Shown: positions 38,338 to 48,930, counted from the stretch's first letter. The stretch is 64,000 nt of DNA from Gemmatimonas sp. (GCA_965279375.1 OZ257156.1:2496001-2560000); one strand, 5' to 3'. Notes: generated by a model not told the origin, from the sequence alone. Numbers and translations: made by a program.

Positions 38338-40103
38338 CAATGAGTCGAGTCGGAGACAGCAGGAGCGCCCGTGGCCATCCCGCCCGTCGAACTGACGGGT
38401 GAGCGACGTGTGGCGGATATGACAAACTGCAACGCGAGGTGGCCTGCCGTGGAAAGGCGTGCCGCCAGCGCTGTTGGCGCCTCGCTGAGCGCCGTTGAAA
38501 TAGAGACGAGCTCCCGAGGATGGAAGTACCGTGCCGAACCCATGTGTTGCGCCTGATACGTCCTCGGTCGCCAAATATGGGTCGCGCCCGCGCTGCGCGC
38601 GGCCACCACGTCGTCAGCCACCGTCACACGCTCGTCACCGAACTGGATACGGCGGTCGATCCGGTAGGGCCCCGTTTTCCGCCCCGTGATGATCTGGGCG
38701 ATGATGAGGTTCCGGATGGTCGCGCCCAGCCAGACACTGCGAAACAGCGTGAGGTTCAACACCCGCAAGATCAAGAATTTGAACGGTGTCAGCACCTCTC
38801 GGTTGGCCCGCAGGAACGACGTCGTCACCCGAATGTGGTCGGCGCCCTGTTCGACCGTTTCCGGGTTCGCGACCAGCGCCGTCGTCCAGTGCTGGTCACC
38901 CGCACGTATCACATAGCCGGCATCCTCGTGCAAGATAGAGCCGGAATCGGCGTCGAACACGATCAGCATGCCGCCTTTTCGGAGATTCGCGACAGCCCGA
39001 TAGTGTGGCGTTCCGGCAACAACCAAGCCCGATTCCGGGAATACTCGCAACAGCTGCGGAGCTTCGCAGGGGAGGGCCGGACACTCTCGAACCTCGGGTC
39101 CGTTGGCGATTGCCTCGAGCGCGATGCAGTAGCTGGCGGTTAGGGTGGGGAGGTTGTGCGCATCGACGTTGCGCAGCATGACCACGTTCCCCCGGTCGAG
39201 CCTCGGCCGCATGAAGCGGCGGACCGCGGCGGCCATCGGGATCGCCGTGGCCAGCAGCTCGAATCCGCCGGGATACCAGAGCAGCGTATCCCGGCTGCCA
39301 TAGCCGCCGCCGACGCTGCCGTCCGGTCCAACGAAGTTCGCGTAGAAGTCGATCGCCCGGGTCAACGACGCGAGCAGCTCGGTGCTCGGACGATCGCGGT
39401 AGAACACGGCCAGGTAATGGATCCCCAGTGACTCGTATCCCGGGTCCGCACCACCGTATTCCAGGTACCACCCCTCGACCGACTGCTGCGCGATGATCTG
39501 CGCGATCGTGTCGTCAGCATGGGCGGTTAGGGAAGCGTCGCCGAGCAAGCGGCCGGCGCGAAACCAGGCCAAGGCGTAGAGCGCGTGGTGGTTGCTGATG
39601 AACGCGTAGTCTTCCGCCGTCTTCGCGGCGAACTCGCAGGCGCGCCGTACCGACTCCACAATCCGGCGCCGGAGTGCGTCGGGCAGTCGGTCGCCCAGCG
39701 TCCGCTCCACCGTGGCGAGATTGTAGACCACGCCCAGCGTGATGCCATGATCCTGTGTGTTCGGACCGACCGTGTCGAACGCGCCATTGCGATGCTGCCG
39801 TTCGATGAGCGACTCGAGTCCGTACTGCATCCACTCCAGCAGCTCCGCATTGCCGTGGTACACGTTCCCGTCGAAGGGAGTGGTGTACAGCCACGCCAGC
39901 GGCATCAGGCTGGCCTGCAAGAGGACAACGGGAAAGTCCCGGAACTTCCAGGACCAGTGGTCGCGATCAAAGCTCCCGCGCGTCGGGGAGAGGGACTCGC
40001 GATCGAGCTGACTCAGAAGTCGCGGCACGGCCTCGAGCAGGAGCCGCCGATAGGGCGCCTCCTGCTCGAGGTTTGCAGAGGTGAATGCACTCGGTTCGGT
40101 CAC
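38337..40103 (-). CDS. Uncharacterised glycan-locus protein, probable alpha/alpha-toroid (heparinase-like)
   Basis: GSFDRDHWSWK, Q..NG.F, SNH, Q..EGWYLEYGGADPGY, PESGL. Confidence 0.6.
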   Translation of the reverse strand: MTEPSAFTSANLEQEAPYRRLLLEAVPRLLSQLDRESLSPTRGSFDRDHWSWKFRDFPVVLLQASLMPLAWLYTTPFDGNVYHGNAELLEWMQYGLESLIERQHRNGAFDTVGPNTQDHGITLGVVYNLATVERTLGDRLPDALRRRIVESVRRACEFAAKTAEDYAFISNHHALYALAWFRAGRLLGDASLTAHADDTIAQIIAQQSVEGWYLEYGGADPGYESLGIHYLAVFYRDRPSTELLASLTRAIDFYANFVGPDGSVGGGYGSRDTLLWYPGGFELLATAIPMAAAVRRFMRPRLDRGNVVMLRNVDAHNLPTLTASYCIALEAIANGPEVRECPALPCEAPQLLRVFPESGLVVAGTPHYRAVANLRKGGMLIVFDADSGSILHEDAGYVIRAGDQHWTTALVANPETVEQGADHIRVTTSFLRANREVLTPFKFLILRVLNLTLFRSVWLGATIRNLIIAQIITGRKTGPYRIDRRIQFGDERVTVADDVVAARSAGATHIWRPRTYQAQHMGSARYFHPRELVSISTALSEAPTALAARLSTAGHLALQFVISATRRSPVSSTGGMATGAPAVSDSTH

Positions 40104-40242
40104 GACGCGTCGCGGTAGTGCTGGAGGTGGTCCGGCATCTTCGGCCTCAGGGTTGGCGCCATTCGCCTATTGCGCCGGTGACGGGGCCCACCTGCCGCGG
40201 ATCCCAATTCGGTATCACAACGACGAGGCAGCGCCCGTGACG

Positions 40243-41724
40243 CTACAATCCGACGCTCTGTGACTCCAGCGCATGATGCCGCGCCCGCCAATGGGCAGCG
40301 ACCTCGCGCGGCGGTGCGATCCAGACCTGCGAATCCGCGGCGATGCGGCTCCAGAAATCCAGATAGGTGCGGGTCCAGAGCGGAAACAGCGTGTCGTCGA
40401 ATACGTAATCGTGCACGTCGATCATCATGATGCCGCCATGCGCCACGACCGTGCGTTGGAGCTCCGACAAGCGTGTCTGCCGATCGCCGGTGTTGATTGC
40501 CCGATAGCTGAACAGCTGATCGTCCATCCACCCGGTTGGCAGCTGCAGCGTGTCGATCGGACGACGCTGCTGCTCGCTGAAGGGGAAGTACGGTACGTTG
40601 GTCCCGGCGCGCCACCCAAGGTAGCGCTCGTGCGAGATCGAAGCATCGTAGCGCAACCCGATCTGCTCGTGCATCAGCAGCGTTTCTTCCGGGTTGGCCG
40701 GGTTGAGGTGCCAGTAGTGATGCCGGCCTCCATCCACTGGCTGGCCGCTGACGCGCGCCAGCCGTTCCTTCTCGCCGGCGAACCGCTCGACCTGCTCGAA
40801 GGCGCGGTAGCTCGCGTGGAGTCCGACCTCGAAGCCGGCGTCGGTGAGGCGCCGAAAGGCCTCCGCGAATCTGGGCGTCGAAATGTCGTAGAACGAGTCC
40901 GGGGTGCCCGAGGCGTACTCGCGCAGCGAACCTTGTCGAGGCACGAAGTAGAACGCCGATCGGGTGCGGAGCGCCGACTCCGCTTCGATCCACGCGTCGA
41001 ACATCCAATGCGATCGCTGGCCCAGGGCGACGCCCAACGCGGTGCCGGCACTGCGCCAGCCGTTGCGTCGCACGATGCGTAGCGGCTCGAGCCAACGAAT
41101 GACTTCCGGATAGTCCACGTCGTGACTGGCGCAGGCGGCGGCCTTCTTTCCGTCCGGCCAACGTGGAGTCGGATTGCCGTGATAGAGCGAGACGAGCAGG
41201 ACCTCGAGGCGCGCGATGATCGAGGACGCCACCGCCTTGCACAGGGCCCCGTCGGTCAGCAGCGGCGATGCACTGAGATCGAGTCGCCCATGGGAATCGC
41301 GCTGGAACGACTTCTCCGGCTGCCGTGTGAGGTGCCAGAACAGGTCGAATATCAGATCCCGGTCGCAGCGCCACGTCCCGTCAGCGTTGCGGCGCAGCGG
41401 CCGTTGGACGCCGCTCTCTCCCTGAAAGATCGGGACATGCCAGTCCACGGAAACGTCGGTTTCCTCGACCCGCTGCACGGCCACCAGCTGCGCCTGCGAT
41501 GGATGCCGCCAACGCGCTGCGTTCGCGAGCATCGTGAGCTGCGGCGACTTCTGTGACTCGCCGTCCGGTTGGGTCGCGTAAACCACGTCGGCGTCTTCGC
41601 GCGCGTCCACGCGCTCCCACGGAATGCCGGCGGTCGTGAGCACCACCTTCCAGCTCCAGGTGATTTCCGCGGCGTGCGGTATCCCGACAGCGGGATCGAT
41701 CCAGATGCGCAGGCGCGGTGTCAT
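40243..41724 (-). CDS. Polysaccharide deacetylase-family protein with N-terminal extension
   Basis: SHDVD, EVGLH.SY, GGRHHY, YDAS, G.RAGT..PY, MD. Confidence 0.78.
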   Translation of the reverse strand: MTPRLRIWIDPAVGIPHAAEITWSWKVVLTTAGIPWERVDAREDADVVYATQPDGESQKSPQLTMLANAARWRHPSQAQLVAVQRVEETDVSVDWHVPIFQGESGVQRPLRRNADGTWRCDRDLIFDLFWHLTRQPEKSFQRDSHGRLDLSASPLLTDGALCKAVASSIIARLEVLLVSLYHGNPTPRWPDGKKAAACASHDVDYPEVIRWLEPLRIVRRNGWRSAGTALGVALGQRSHWMFDAWIEAESALRTRSAFYFVPRQGSLREYASGTPDSFYDISTPRFAEAFRRLTDAGFEVGLHASYRAFEQVERFAGEKERLARVSGQPVDGGRHHYWHLNPANPEETLLMHEQIGLRYDASISHERYLGWRAGTNVPYFPFSEQQRRPIDTLQLPTGWMDDQLFSYRAINTGDRQTRLSELQRTVVAHGGIMMIDVHDYVFDDTLFPLWTRTYLDFWSRIAADSQVWIAPPREVAAHWRARHHALESQSVGL

Positions 41725-42563
41725 CGCTTCGCGCCCAGCCCGCGCTGCCAGCGATCGAAGTTCGCGCGCGCCACACGCCGTGCGGCGGCCGACATTTTGT
41801 AATACTGGCGTCCCTGGTCCGCTGACTGCGGAGTCCGGTCGAGCGCCTGCCCCGCGAGCACCTGACGCACGGCGCCCGCCAAAAGATCAAGGCAGTCCTC
41901 GTACATGGCGGACTGCAGGCTGTCGAAATCGCTGACCGGCCGACTGCCGAACGGTTGCACCTTCACGATCGCTCCGGTGTCGATACCGACGTCGACGAAG
42001 TGCAGCGTGCTGGCGAGCATCTCGGGCTTGTCATCGTGCAACGTCCACTGCGGAACATCGACGCCGCGATATTGCGGGAGCCACCCCGGATGCGCATTCA
42101 ACACGCCGCCGCTCGCGGAGTTGATAACGGCGTCCTTGACGATCCCCGACTGTGCCAGCACGATGAAATCGGGGCGCAGCGACTGGAGAACCACGTCGAT
42201 CCCCGGCGCCATGAACGCCTCCACCCACCGGACCTCGGGCGCCAGGCGTGCGTAGTCGCGGATCAGCGGGGCCCCACGCCAAGGCTGGTCGGCCGACACA
42301 CGCCGGTCGGCCAAGACCTCCACGACCGCCGCCTGAATAGCGTCGACCCAGCCGATGCGTCGCGCGACCGACTTGAGCAGGCGCCACTTCCGCTTGAAGC
42401 TGTCTCTTCGGACGACGATGGCGACCGGCACCGTCTGTTGGCGCGCCAACAGGTTGAGCATGCGGTAGCCGTACTCGCTCCCCTCGGTCGTGAGGACGAC
42501 GATGCGGGCTGGCGGCCCCGGCGCCGCACCCAGGCTTGGCGATGGCGCTGACGAATCGGACAT
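41721..42563 (-). CDS. Formyltransferase (N10-formyl-THF dependent)
   Basis: LNAHPGWLPQYRG, HFVD.GIDTG. Confidence 0.88.
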   Translation of the reverse strand: MSDSSAPSPSLGAAPGPPARIVVLTTEGSEYGYRMLNLLARQQTVPVAIVVRRDSFKRKWRLLKSVARRIGWVDAIQAAVVEVLADRRVSADQPWRGAPLIRDYARLAPEVRWVEAFMAPGIDVVLQSLRPDFIVLAQSGIVKDAVINSASGGVLNAHPGWLPQYRGVDVPQWTLHDDKPEMLASTLHFVDVGIDTGAIVKVQPFGSRPVSDFDSLQSAMYEDCLDLLAGAVRQVLAGQALDRTPQSADQGRQYYKMSAAARRVARANFDRWQRGLGAKR

Positions 42564-42635
42564 CAGCAACCGGAGGTCGCCGACGTCAGGATGCGAGGCA
42601 CGCTCGCCGTGGTTCGAGCCGGCATGAGGAGCACG

Positions 42636-44489
42636 CTACGGCTTCCGCGGTCCGCGCGTGATGGATTGCACGCGCTGGCGAAGCTCCTGCGCTCGCGCCG
42701 AATGCACGGGGGCGGAGACCAGATCGCGCTGCTCCATCGGATCGGTGCGGAGGTCGTAGAGCTCACCTCGGCCGTCGCCGTTCAGGATGTAGCGAAAGCC
42801 GTCGAGAATCTCCGACTTCATGTCGCCCTTGGACACGGCGAACTGCGCCGGGAGGTTGCGGGCGAAGTCGACCTCCGCGATCAGCGGCGAGGTCAGGGAG
42901 TCTGGCGCCGTCTGACGCCACAGGCCGACCATTGACTGCCCCGGAAGTCGCGCCGACTCCGGGGCCCGCGTGAGGTCGAGGATCGTCGCGCCGAGGTCCC
43001 GCAGCGTGACTGGGCTCTTCACCACCTGGCCGGCGGGAACGACGCCCGGGTACAGCACGAGCAACGGCACGTGCACCGAGGGCAGATACAGCGAGCTGCC
43101 ATGATTCAGCAGGCCATGCTCGTTGAATTCCTCGCCATGGTCCGAGGTCACGACGACCAGCGTGTTCTTGAGCAGCCCGCGCGACTCGAGCGCTGCGAAC
43201 AGGTCGCGTAGCTGAGCATCGAGCGAGGCGATGGACGCGTCGTACGCCGCCTGCAGGTCGCTCACCTGCGCCGCATTCAGGTCGTCCGGCGCGGGATCCC
43301 GATTGGTGGCTTGGCGTCCGAGAAAGAGCGTGTCGTACGGCGCCGGCGGCGTGTACGGGCCGTGTGCATCGTAGTAGTTCGCGAACGCAAAAAACGGTCG
43401 CTGCCCTCGCGAGGCGATCAGATCGAGCAGCCGCTCGTTGATGCGCGTCGCCGACTGTCGGCCCGGGCTGAATTCGCGCGGCAGGTACCGGTTGAACGCC
43501 ATGGACACCGTCCGGCTCAGCGACGAGGTCCGCAGCATCTCGCTCAGTGAGATGTCGTAGTCGCGGTACCGCGCAAAGCCGCGGTCGATGCCGAACTCGT
43601 ACGAGCAGTAGTGCAGATTCGCGGCGACGCCGTACGTGGCATACCCCTGCTGTCCGAGGCGCTCGGCGAGCGTCGGTTCCCGATCGTCGAGCGGCACGCT
43701 CCATCCGATCGAGAGTTCGTGCGGGTAGCGTCCAGTGAACATCGAGGCGTGCGACGCCAGCGTCCACGGCGCGGGTGCGATCGCCTGATCGAAGCGGACG
43801 CCGCGCGCTGCCAATTCCGAGAGAAACGGCGACGTGGCGCGCGTGTAGCCGTAGGCGCTGAGCGATGCCGCGCGCACGGTGTCGAGCACCAGCAGCAACA
43901 CGTTCGGGGCGCCGTCGGCGGCGTTGCCAAGTCGAGACAGCGCGCGCGATTCGCGGAACCAACGCAGCCCGTTGAAGCCGATCCCTGCGGACGCGGAGAC
44001 GGCGAAGAATCCAAGGGTGACTCGCCGTGTCACCGTGGCGAACGCCGCGGGGCGGGCCATGGCGAATCGGGCCACCTGCGAACCGAAGCCCGCCGCGAGC
44101 AACAGCAGCGCAAAGGGATGGATGCGTTCCTGCAACACCATCAGCGGCTCGAGCGCGGCCACCAGCGCCGCGCAAAAGGCCACGCCGGCGACGGCGACCT
44201 TGGCGGACCACCGGCGCGCCACCAGCCACACCAGCACACACGGCACGATCAGCAGCAGGACGTTGGCAATGGGGGCCAGCCACAGTCCCTGCGGATTGAA
44301 CATCGCATACCGGTGCAGCGCGACCCGCGCACCGAGGATGAGCCCTGCTTCGCCAAGGCTGCCGGCCAAGGCGCCCGCGGCCACGACCCACCAGACCGCG
44401 CGAAACGAGGACCAGCCACCGTCCGCGGTCGCCTGCGCGTCACGCTGCAACGTCGCGCTGGAGGTGCAGTCGTGGTGGGAGCTCTGCAT
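42636..44489 (-). CDS. Membrane-anchored sulfatase-fold hydrolase/transferase 2
   Basis: Several N-terminal TMs, PNVLLLVLDTVRA, APWTLASHASMFTG, NYYDAH, TSDHGE, HVPL; start approximate. Confidence 0.85.
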   Translation of the reverse strand: MQSSHHDCTSSATLQRDAQATADGGWSSFRAVWWVVAAGALAGSLGEAGLILGARVALHRYAMFNPQGLWLAPIANVLLLIVPCVLVWLVARRWSAKVAVAGVAFCAALVAALEPLMVLQERIHPFALLLLAAGFGSQVARFAMARPAAFATVTRRVTLGFFAVSASAGIGFNGLRWFRESRALSRLGNAADGAPNVLLLVLDTVRAASLSAYGYTRATSPFLSELAARGVRFDQAIAPAPWTLASHASMFTGRYPHELSIGWSVPLDDREPTLAERLGQQGYATYGVAANLHYCSYEFGIDRGFARYRDYDISLSEMLRTSSLSRTVSMAFNRYLPREFSPGRQSATRINERLLDLIASRGQRPFFAFANYYDAHGPYTPPAPYDTLFLGRQATNRDPAPDDLNAAQVSDLQAAYDASIASLDAQLRDLFAALESRGLLKNTLVVVTSDHGEEFNEHGLLNHGSSLYLPSVHVPLLVLYPGVVPAGQVVKSPVTLRDLGATILDLTRAPESARLPGQSMVGLWRQTAPDSLTSPLIAEVDFARNLPAQFAVSKGDMKSEILDGFRYILNGDGRGELYDLRTDPMEQRDLVSAPVHSARAQELRQRVQSITRGPRKP

Positions 44490-44706
44490 GGAAGACAAGT
44501 TCAAGATTCGAGAGTCATCGTTGATAGCGCACAGCAACGATGGCCGGGACGACGGTCGGAATGCAAGCAATCGCGCGTCCGACCGTTACGGGAGCGGCTC
44601 GCAGTGCGGGGGCGACGAATCATCGGAAACGGAGTAACTTCTTGTGACGCCGTGCTTGTGCGAACCGTCGTGAGACACGAGTGACGGCCAATCCTTACAC
44701 AGTCCC

Positions 44707-46515
44707 ATGATCCCAACAGACGCGACGTCCGGGCGGCGCCTCAATCTCGTGATTGGCGGCCACGTCGATCACGGCAAGAGCACAATCATCGGACGGCTGC
44801 TGGCCGACACGGGCTCGCTCCCCGATGGGAAGCTCGAAGCGGTGCGCGCCAACTGTGTGCGGAACAGCAAGCCGTTCGAGTACGCGTTCCTGCTCGACGC
44901 GCTCAAGGACGAACAGGCGCAGGGCATCACCATCGATGCGGCGCGCGTTTTCTTCCAGTCGGCGCTGCGCCCGTACATCATCATCGACGCGCCGGGACAC
45001 ATCGAGTTCCTCCGCAATCTGGTGACCGGCGCCGCGCGCGCCGAGGCGGCGCTGCTCGTCATCGATGCGAAGGAAGGCGTGCAGGAGAACTCGAGGCGCC
45101 ACGGCTACATGATGTCCATGCTGGGCATCAAGCAGCTCGTCGTGCTGGTCAACAAGATGGACCTCGTCGGCTACGATCAGGCGGTATTCGATCGCATCCA
45201 GAGTGAGTATCGCGAGTTCCTCGGCCGGCTGAACGTCGTGCCCGAAGGCTTCATTCCGGTGAGCGGCCGCGAAGGGGACAACATCACCGCTGCCTCGCCC
45301 GCGATGCCCTGGTACACCGGCCCCAGCGTCCTCGAGCAACTCGACCGCTTCCGCTCCGACGCGCCGGAGACCGATCAGCCGTTCCGTATGTCCGTGCAGG
45401 ACGTCTACAAATTCACGGGCCGTGGAGACGAACGGCGCATCGTCGCCGGCTCCATCGACAGCGGACGCATCACCGTCGGCGACGAGGTGGTGTTCTATCC
45501 CTCGGGCAAGAAATCGACGGTCAAGTCGATCGAAGCCTTTAACCGAGCGCCGAGCGACACGGCCGTCGCGGGCGAGGCCACCGGCTTCACGCTCACCGAA
45601 CAGATCTACGTGTCGCGCGGCGAGCTGGCGTCCCTTGCACACGAGCAGCGACCGCACGTGACCACGCGCCTGCGTGCCTCCGTGTTCTGGCTGGGCAAGA
45701 AGCCGCTCGTGCAGCACCGTGACTACATCCTCAAGATCGGTGCGGCACGCGTGCAGGCGCGCGTCGAGGAGATCCATCGCGTCCTCGACGCGTCGTCACT
45801 CGACGTCGACAATCAGAAGGTCCGCGTCGATCGGCACGAGGTGGCCGAGCTCACGCTGCGCACCAGCCGCGCACTCGCCTTCGATCTCGCGGACGAGCTG
45901 GCGACGACCAGCCGGTTCGTGCTCATCGACGAGTTCGAGATTCGCGGTGGCGGCATCGTGAGAGAGGCGCTGCCCGACACGATGTCCGGCGTGCGCGAAC
46001 GAGTGCTGCTGCGCAACTACAAGTGGGAACCGAGCAACATTTCGAGCGACGCGCGCGCCGAGCGTTATCGGCAGCGTCCGACGTTGCTGCTCATGACCGG
46101 TGAAGCCAGCTCCGACCGGAAGTCGCTGGCCAAGGACGTCGAGCGGCGCCTCTTCGATCTCGGGAACATCGTTTACTTCCTCGGCATCGGGAACGTGCTG
46201 TATGGCGTCGATGCCGACATCGACCGCGGCGATGCGCAGCGACGCGAACACCTGCGCCGACTGGCGGAAATCGCCAACCTCATGCTCGATGCCGGTGTCA
46301 TTCTCATCGTCACTGCCGCCGAGTTGACGCTGGCCGATCTCGAGCTGATCCGCGCCTCCGTCGATGCCGATCGTATCGAGATCGTGTGGGTGGGCGATTC
46401 CGGCACCAGCGATCTGCCGCACGATCTGCTCATTCCGGATCCGGACGATTCGAGCGCGGTCGAACAGGTGAAGCGGCTGCTGCAGGACAAGGGAATCATC
46501 TTCCGGCCATGGTGA
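44707..46515 (+). CDS. cysN: Sulfate adenylyltransferase subunit 1 with degenerate C-terminal APS-kinase-like domain
   Basis: [25 protein letters not shown]-terminal domain has GEASSDRKS in place of the P-loop. Confidence 0.92.
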   Translation: MIPTDATSGRRLNLVIGGHVDHGKSTIIGRLLADTGSLPDGKLEAVRANCVRNSKPFEYAFLLDALKDEQAQGITIDAARVFFQSALRPYIIIDAPGHIEFLRNLVTGAARAEAALLVIDAKEGVQENSRRHGYMMSMLGIKQLVVLVNKMDLVGYDQAVFDRIQSEYREFLGRLNVVPEGFIPVSGREGDNITAASPAMPWYTGPSVLEQLDRFRSDAPETDQPFRMSVQDVYKFTGRGDERRIVAGSIDSGRITVGDEVVFYPSGKKSTVKSIEAFNRAPSDTAVAGEATGFTLTEQIYVSRGELASLAHEQRPHVTTRLRASVFWLGKKPLVQHRDYILKIGAARVQARVEEIHRVLDASSLDVDNQKVRVDRHEVAELTLRTSRALAFDLADELATTSRFVLIDEFEIRGGGIVREALPDTMSGVRERVLLRNYKWEPSNISSDARAERYRQRPTLLLMTGEASSDRKSLAKDVERRLFDLGNIVYFLGIGNVLYGVDADIDRGDAQRREHLRRLAEIANLMLDAGVILIVTAAELTLADLELIRASVDADRIEIVWVGDSGTSDLPHDLLIPDPDDSSAVEQVKRLLQDKGIIFRPW

Positions 46516-47312
46516 GCTCCACTGAGGACTCGTCGCCCGCGCTGAGTCGCGCGTCGCTCGACCTGCTGATCGCCATCGCGCGCCAAGCCGGTGCGGCGGC
46601 GATGGCATTCTACGGCGAGGCAGGTGAGGCGACGCTGGACGTCACACACAAGTCCGACGCCTCGCCGGTCACGGCGGCGGACCACGCGGCGCACGCCGTC
46701 ATCGCCGACGAGTTGGCGCGCGCCTTCCCGGACATCCCGATCATCTCCGAAGAAGGCGAGATCGCGCCCTATGAGGCACGCAAGGATTGGCGCCGATTCT
46801 GGCTGGTCGATCCGCTGGACGGCACCAAGGAGTTCATTCACCGCAACGGCGAGTTCACCGTCAACATCGCATTGATCGACGACGGGGTGCCGGTGCTGGG
46901 CGTGGTCTTCGCGCCCGCGCTCGATGTGCTCTATGCCGCAGGACGTGAGCTTGGCAGCTGGAAGTACACGGGCACGGGAAGTCCCGAGCAGCTGTTCGGT
47001 CCAAACGCTCCGGGGCCAGAGGGCGTGACGATCGTCGAAAGCCGTTCGCACCCGTCCAAGGAACTCGAGGCGTACCTCGCGACGCTGCGCGTCGCGTCGC
47101 GGTTGCCCTCTGGAAGCTCTCTCAAGTTCGGTCTCGTCGCCGAAGGCAAGGCGCATCTGTATCCGCGCCTCGGCCCGACGATGGAGTGGGACGTCGCTGC
47201 CGGCGACTGCGTGTATCGCTATGCCTCGCGTGGCGCGGCGCGCGTGTCGCCGCTGTCGTACAACACACCCACGCTCAAGCAGCAGTCGTTCGTGCTCGGA
47301 GTGACCGAATGA
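46509..47312 (+). CDS. cysQ: 3'(2'),5'-bisphosphate nucleotidase
   Basis: [29 protein letters not shown]. Confidence 0.95.
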   Translation: MVSSTEDSSPALSRASLDLLIAIARQAGAAAMAFYGEAGEATLDVTHKSDASPVTAADHAAHAVIADELARAFPDIPIISEEGEIAPYEARKDWRRFWLVDPLDGTKEFIHRNGEFTVNIALIDDGVPVLGVVFAPALDVLYAAGRELGSWKYTGTGSPEQLFGPNAPGPEGVTIVESRSHPSKELEAYLATLRVASRLPSGSSLKFGLVAEGKAHLYPRLGPTMEWDVAAGDCVYRYASRGAARVSPLSYNTPTLKQQSFVLGVTE

Positions 47313-48049
47313 CCGCGCGCGAATCGCATACGCGCAGCGTCATCAAGGCGGTCAGCTGGCGCATTCTGGGCACGATCGCCACGTCCATCATCGTCTTCGC
47401 GTTCACCCGGCGGTGGGCCGTTTCGTTGTTCGTCGGCGCGATGGAATTCGTCTCCAAGATCGGGCTCTTCTGGCTGCACGAGCGTATCTGGGACCGTGTC
47501 TCGTTCGGCCGCAAGCAGACTGCGGGCACGGTGCTCTGGTTCACGGGGCTCTCGGGCTCTGGCAAGAGCACCATCGCGCAGGAAGTCGTGCGTACGCTGC
47601 GCGCCAGCGGAGAGAAGATCGAGCATCTCGACGGTGATGCGGTGCGCTCGGTTTTTCCGGCGACCGGCTTCACCCGACCGGACCGCGACGCGCATGTGCG
47701 CCGCATGGGCTTCATGGCCAGCCGACTCGAAGAGCACGGCGTGTTGGTGATCGCGTCCTTCGTCTCGCCGTACCGCGAATCGCGCGATGCGGTACGCGCG
47801 ATGTGCACCGACTTTGTCGAAATCTTCGTCGATACGCCGCTTGCCGTGTGCGAGTCGCGCGACGTGAAAGGGCTCTACGCCAAGGCGCGACGTGGCGAGA
47901 TCCCGAACTTCACCGGCATCGACGATCCGTACGAACCACCTGTGCGCGCAGAACTCGTCATCGACACGACGAAGGTGTCGGTCCAGGACGCGACGCAGCA
48001 GGTGCTCGCCCTCCTGCAGTCACGCCGCACCCGGAGACCCACGGCATGA
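47309..48049 (+). CDS. cysC: Adenylyl-sulfate kinase with N-terminal DUF2061-type membrane domain
   Basis: RS..KA.SWR...HER.W (DUF2061-like), then [32 protein letters not shown]. Confidence 0.93.
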   Translation: MTARESHTRSVIKAVSWRILGTIATSIIVFAFTRRWAVSLFVGAMEFVSKIGLFWLHERIWDRVSFGRKQTAGTVLWFTGLSGSGKSTIAQEVVRTLRASGEKIEHLDGDAVRSVFPATGFTRPDRDAHVRRMGFMASRLEEHGVLVIASFVSPYRESRDAVRAMCTDFVEIFVDTPLAVCESRDVKGLYAKARRGEIPNFTGIDDPYEPPVRAELVIDTTKVSVQDATQQVLALLQSRRTRRPTA

Positions 48050-48930
48050 GCCAGCACCTGGATCAACTCGAGTCCCGTAGCGTCCACATCTTTCGTGAGG
48101 CCTACGCCAACTTCAAGAGCCTCTGCATGCTCTGGTCGATCGGCAAGGACAGCACCGTGCTGCTCTGGCTCGCGCGCAAGGCGTTCTTCGGGCACGCGCC
48201 GTTTCCGCTCGTACACATCGACACGTCGTACAAGCTGCCGGAGATGATCGAGTATCGCGACCGCCTCGCGATGGAGTGGAAGCTGACGATGATCGTCGGC
48301 CAGAACACGGAGGCGCTCGAAGCCAAGCGCACCTTCCCCGACGGGGCCGTGGATCGCATCTCCTGCTGCGGCCTGCTCAAGACGCAGGCGCTCAAGGACA
48401 CGCTGAGCGGCACCGGCGTGCGTCGTCGCCTCAACCTGCGTACGGGCGTCTACGAAGTGGACACCAATCGCGAGCCATACACCGGGGTGATCGTCGGCGC
48501 CCGTGCGGACGAAGAAGGGAGCCGGTCGAAGGAACGCTATTTCTCGCCGCGTACCGAGAGCAACGTCTGGGATGTGGGCGAGCAGCCTCCCGAATTCTGG
48601 AACCAGTACAAGACCGAGTTCGCGCCGGGCACACACGTGCGTATCCATCCCCTGCTCGACTGGACGGAACTCAATATCTGGGAATACATCGAGCGCGAAA
48701 AGATTCCCACCGTGCCCCTCTACTACAATCAGGGCGATGGCATGCGCTATCGCTCACTCGGCTGCGGCGTCTGCACCAACAAGGTCGTCTCGCCGTCGCA
48801 CAATCCGGTTGAGATCATCGAGGAACTGCGCAGCGGCAAGTTTGCGCGCGTCGCCGAACGCGCCGGCCGCGCGCAGGACAAGGAAGACGGTGGCGGCCTC
48901 GAAACGCTGCGCCGCGAAGGCTACATGTAG
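48046..48930 (+). CDS. cysD: Sulfate adenylyltransferase subunit 2
   Basis: SIGKDS, HIDT, RADEE.SRSKER.FSPR, QPPE.W, HVRIHPL..WTE, EGYM. Confidence 0.93.
   Translation: MSQHLDQLESRSVHIFREAYANFKSLCMLWSIGKDSTVLLWLARKAFFGHAPFPLVHIDTSYKLPEMIEYRDRLAMEWKLTMIVGQNTEALEAKRTFPDGAVDRISCCGLLKTQALKDTLSGTGVRRRLNLRTGVYEVDTNREPYTGVIVGARADEEGSRSKERYFSPRTESNVWDVGEQPPEFWNQYKTEFAPGTHVRIHPLLDWTELNIWEYIEREKIPTVPLYYNQGDGMRYRSLGCGVCTNKVVSPSHNPVEIIEELRSGKFARVAERAGRAQDKEDGGGLETLRREGYM

Noticed and set aside
44707..48930. cys operon read as ordinary sulfate assimilation
   Set aside because: No cysH, cysI/J, cysK or sulfate transporter here; the context favours PAPS supply, although assimilation genes could lie elsewhere.
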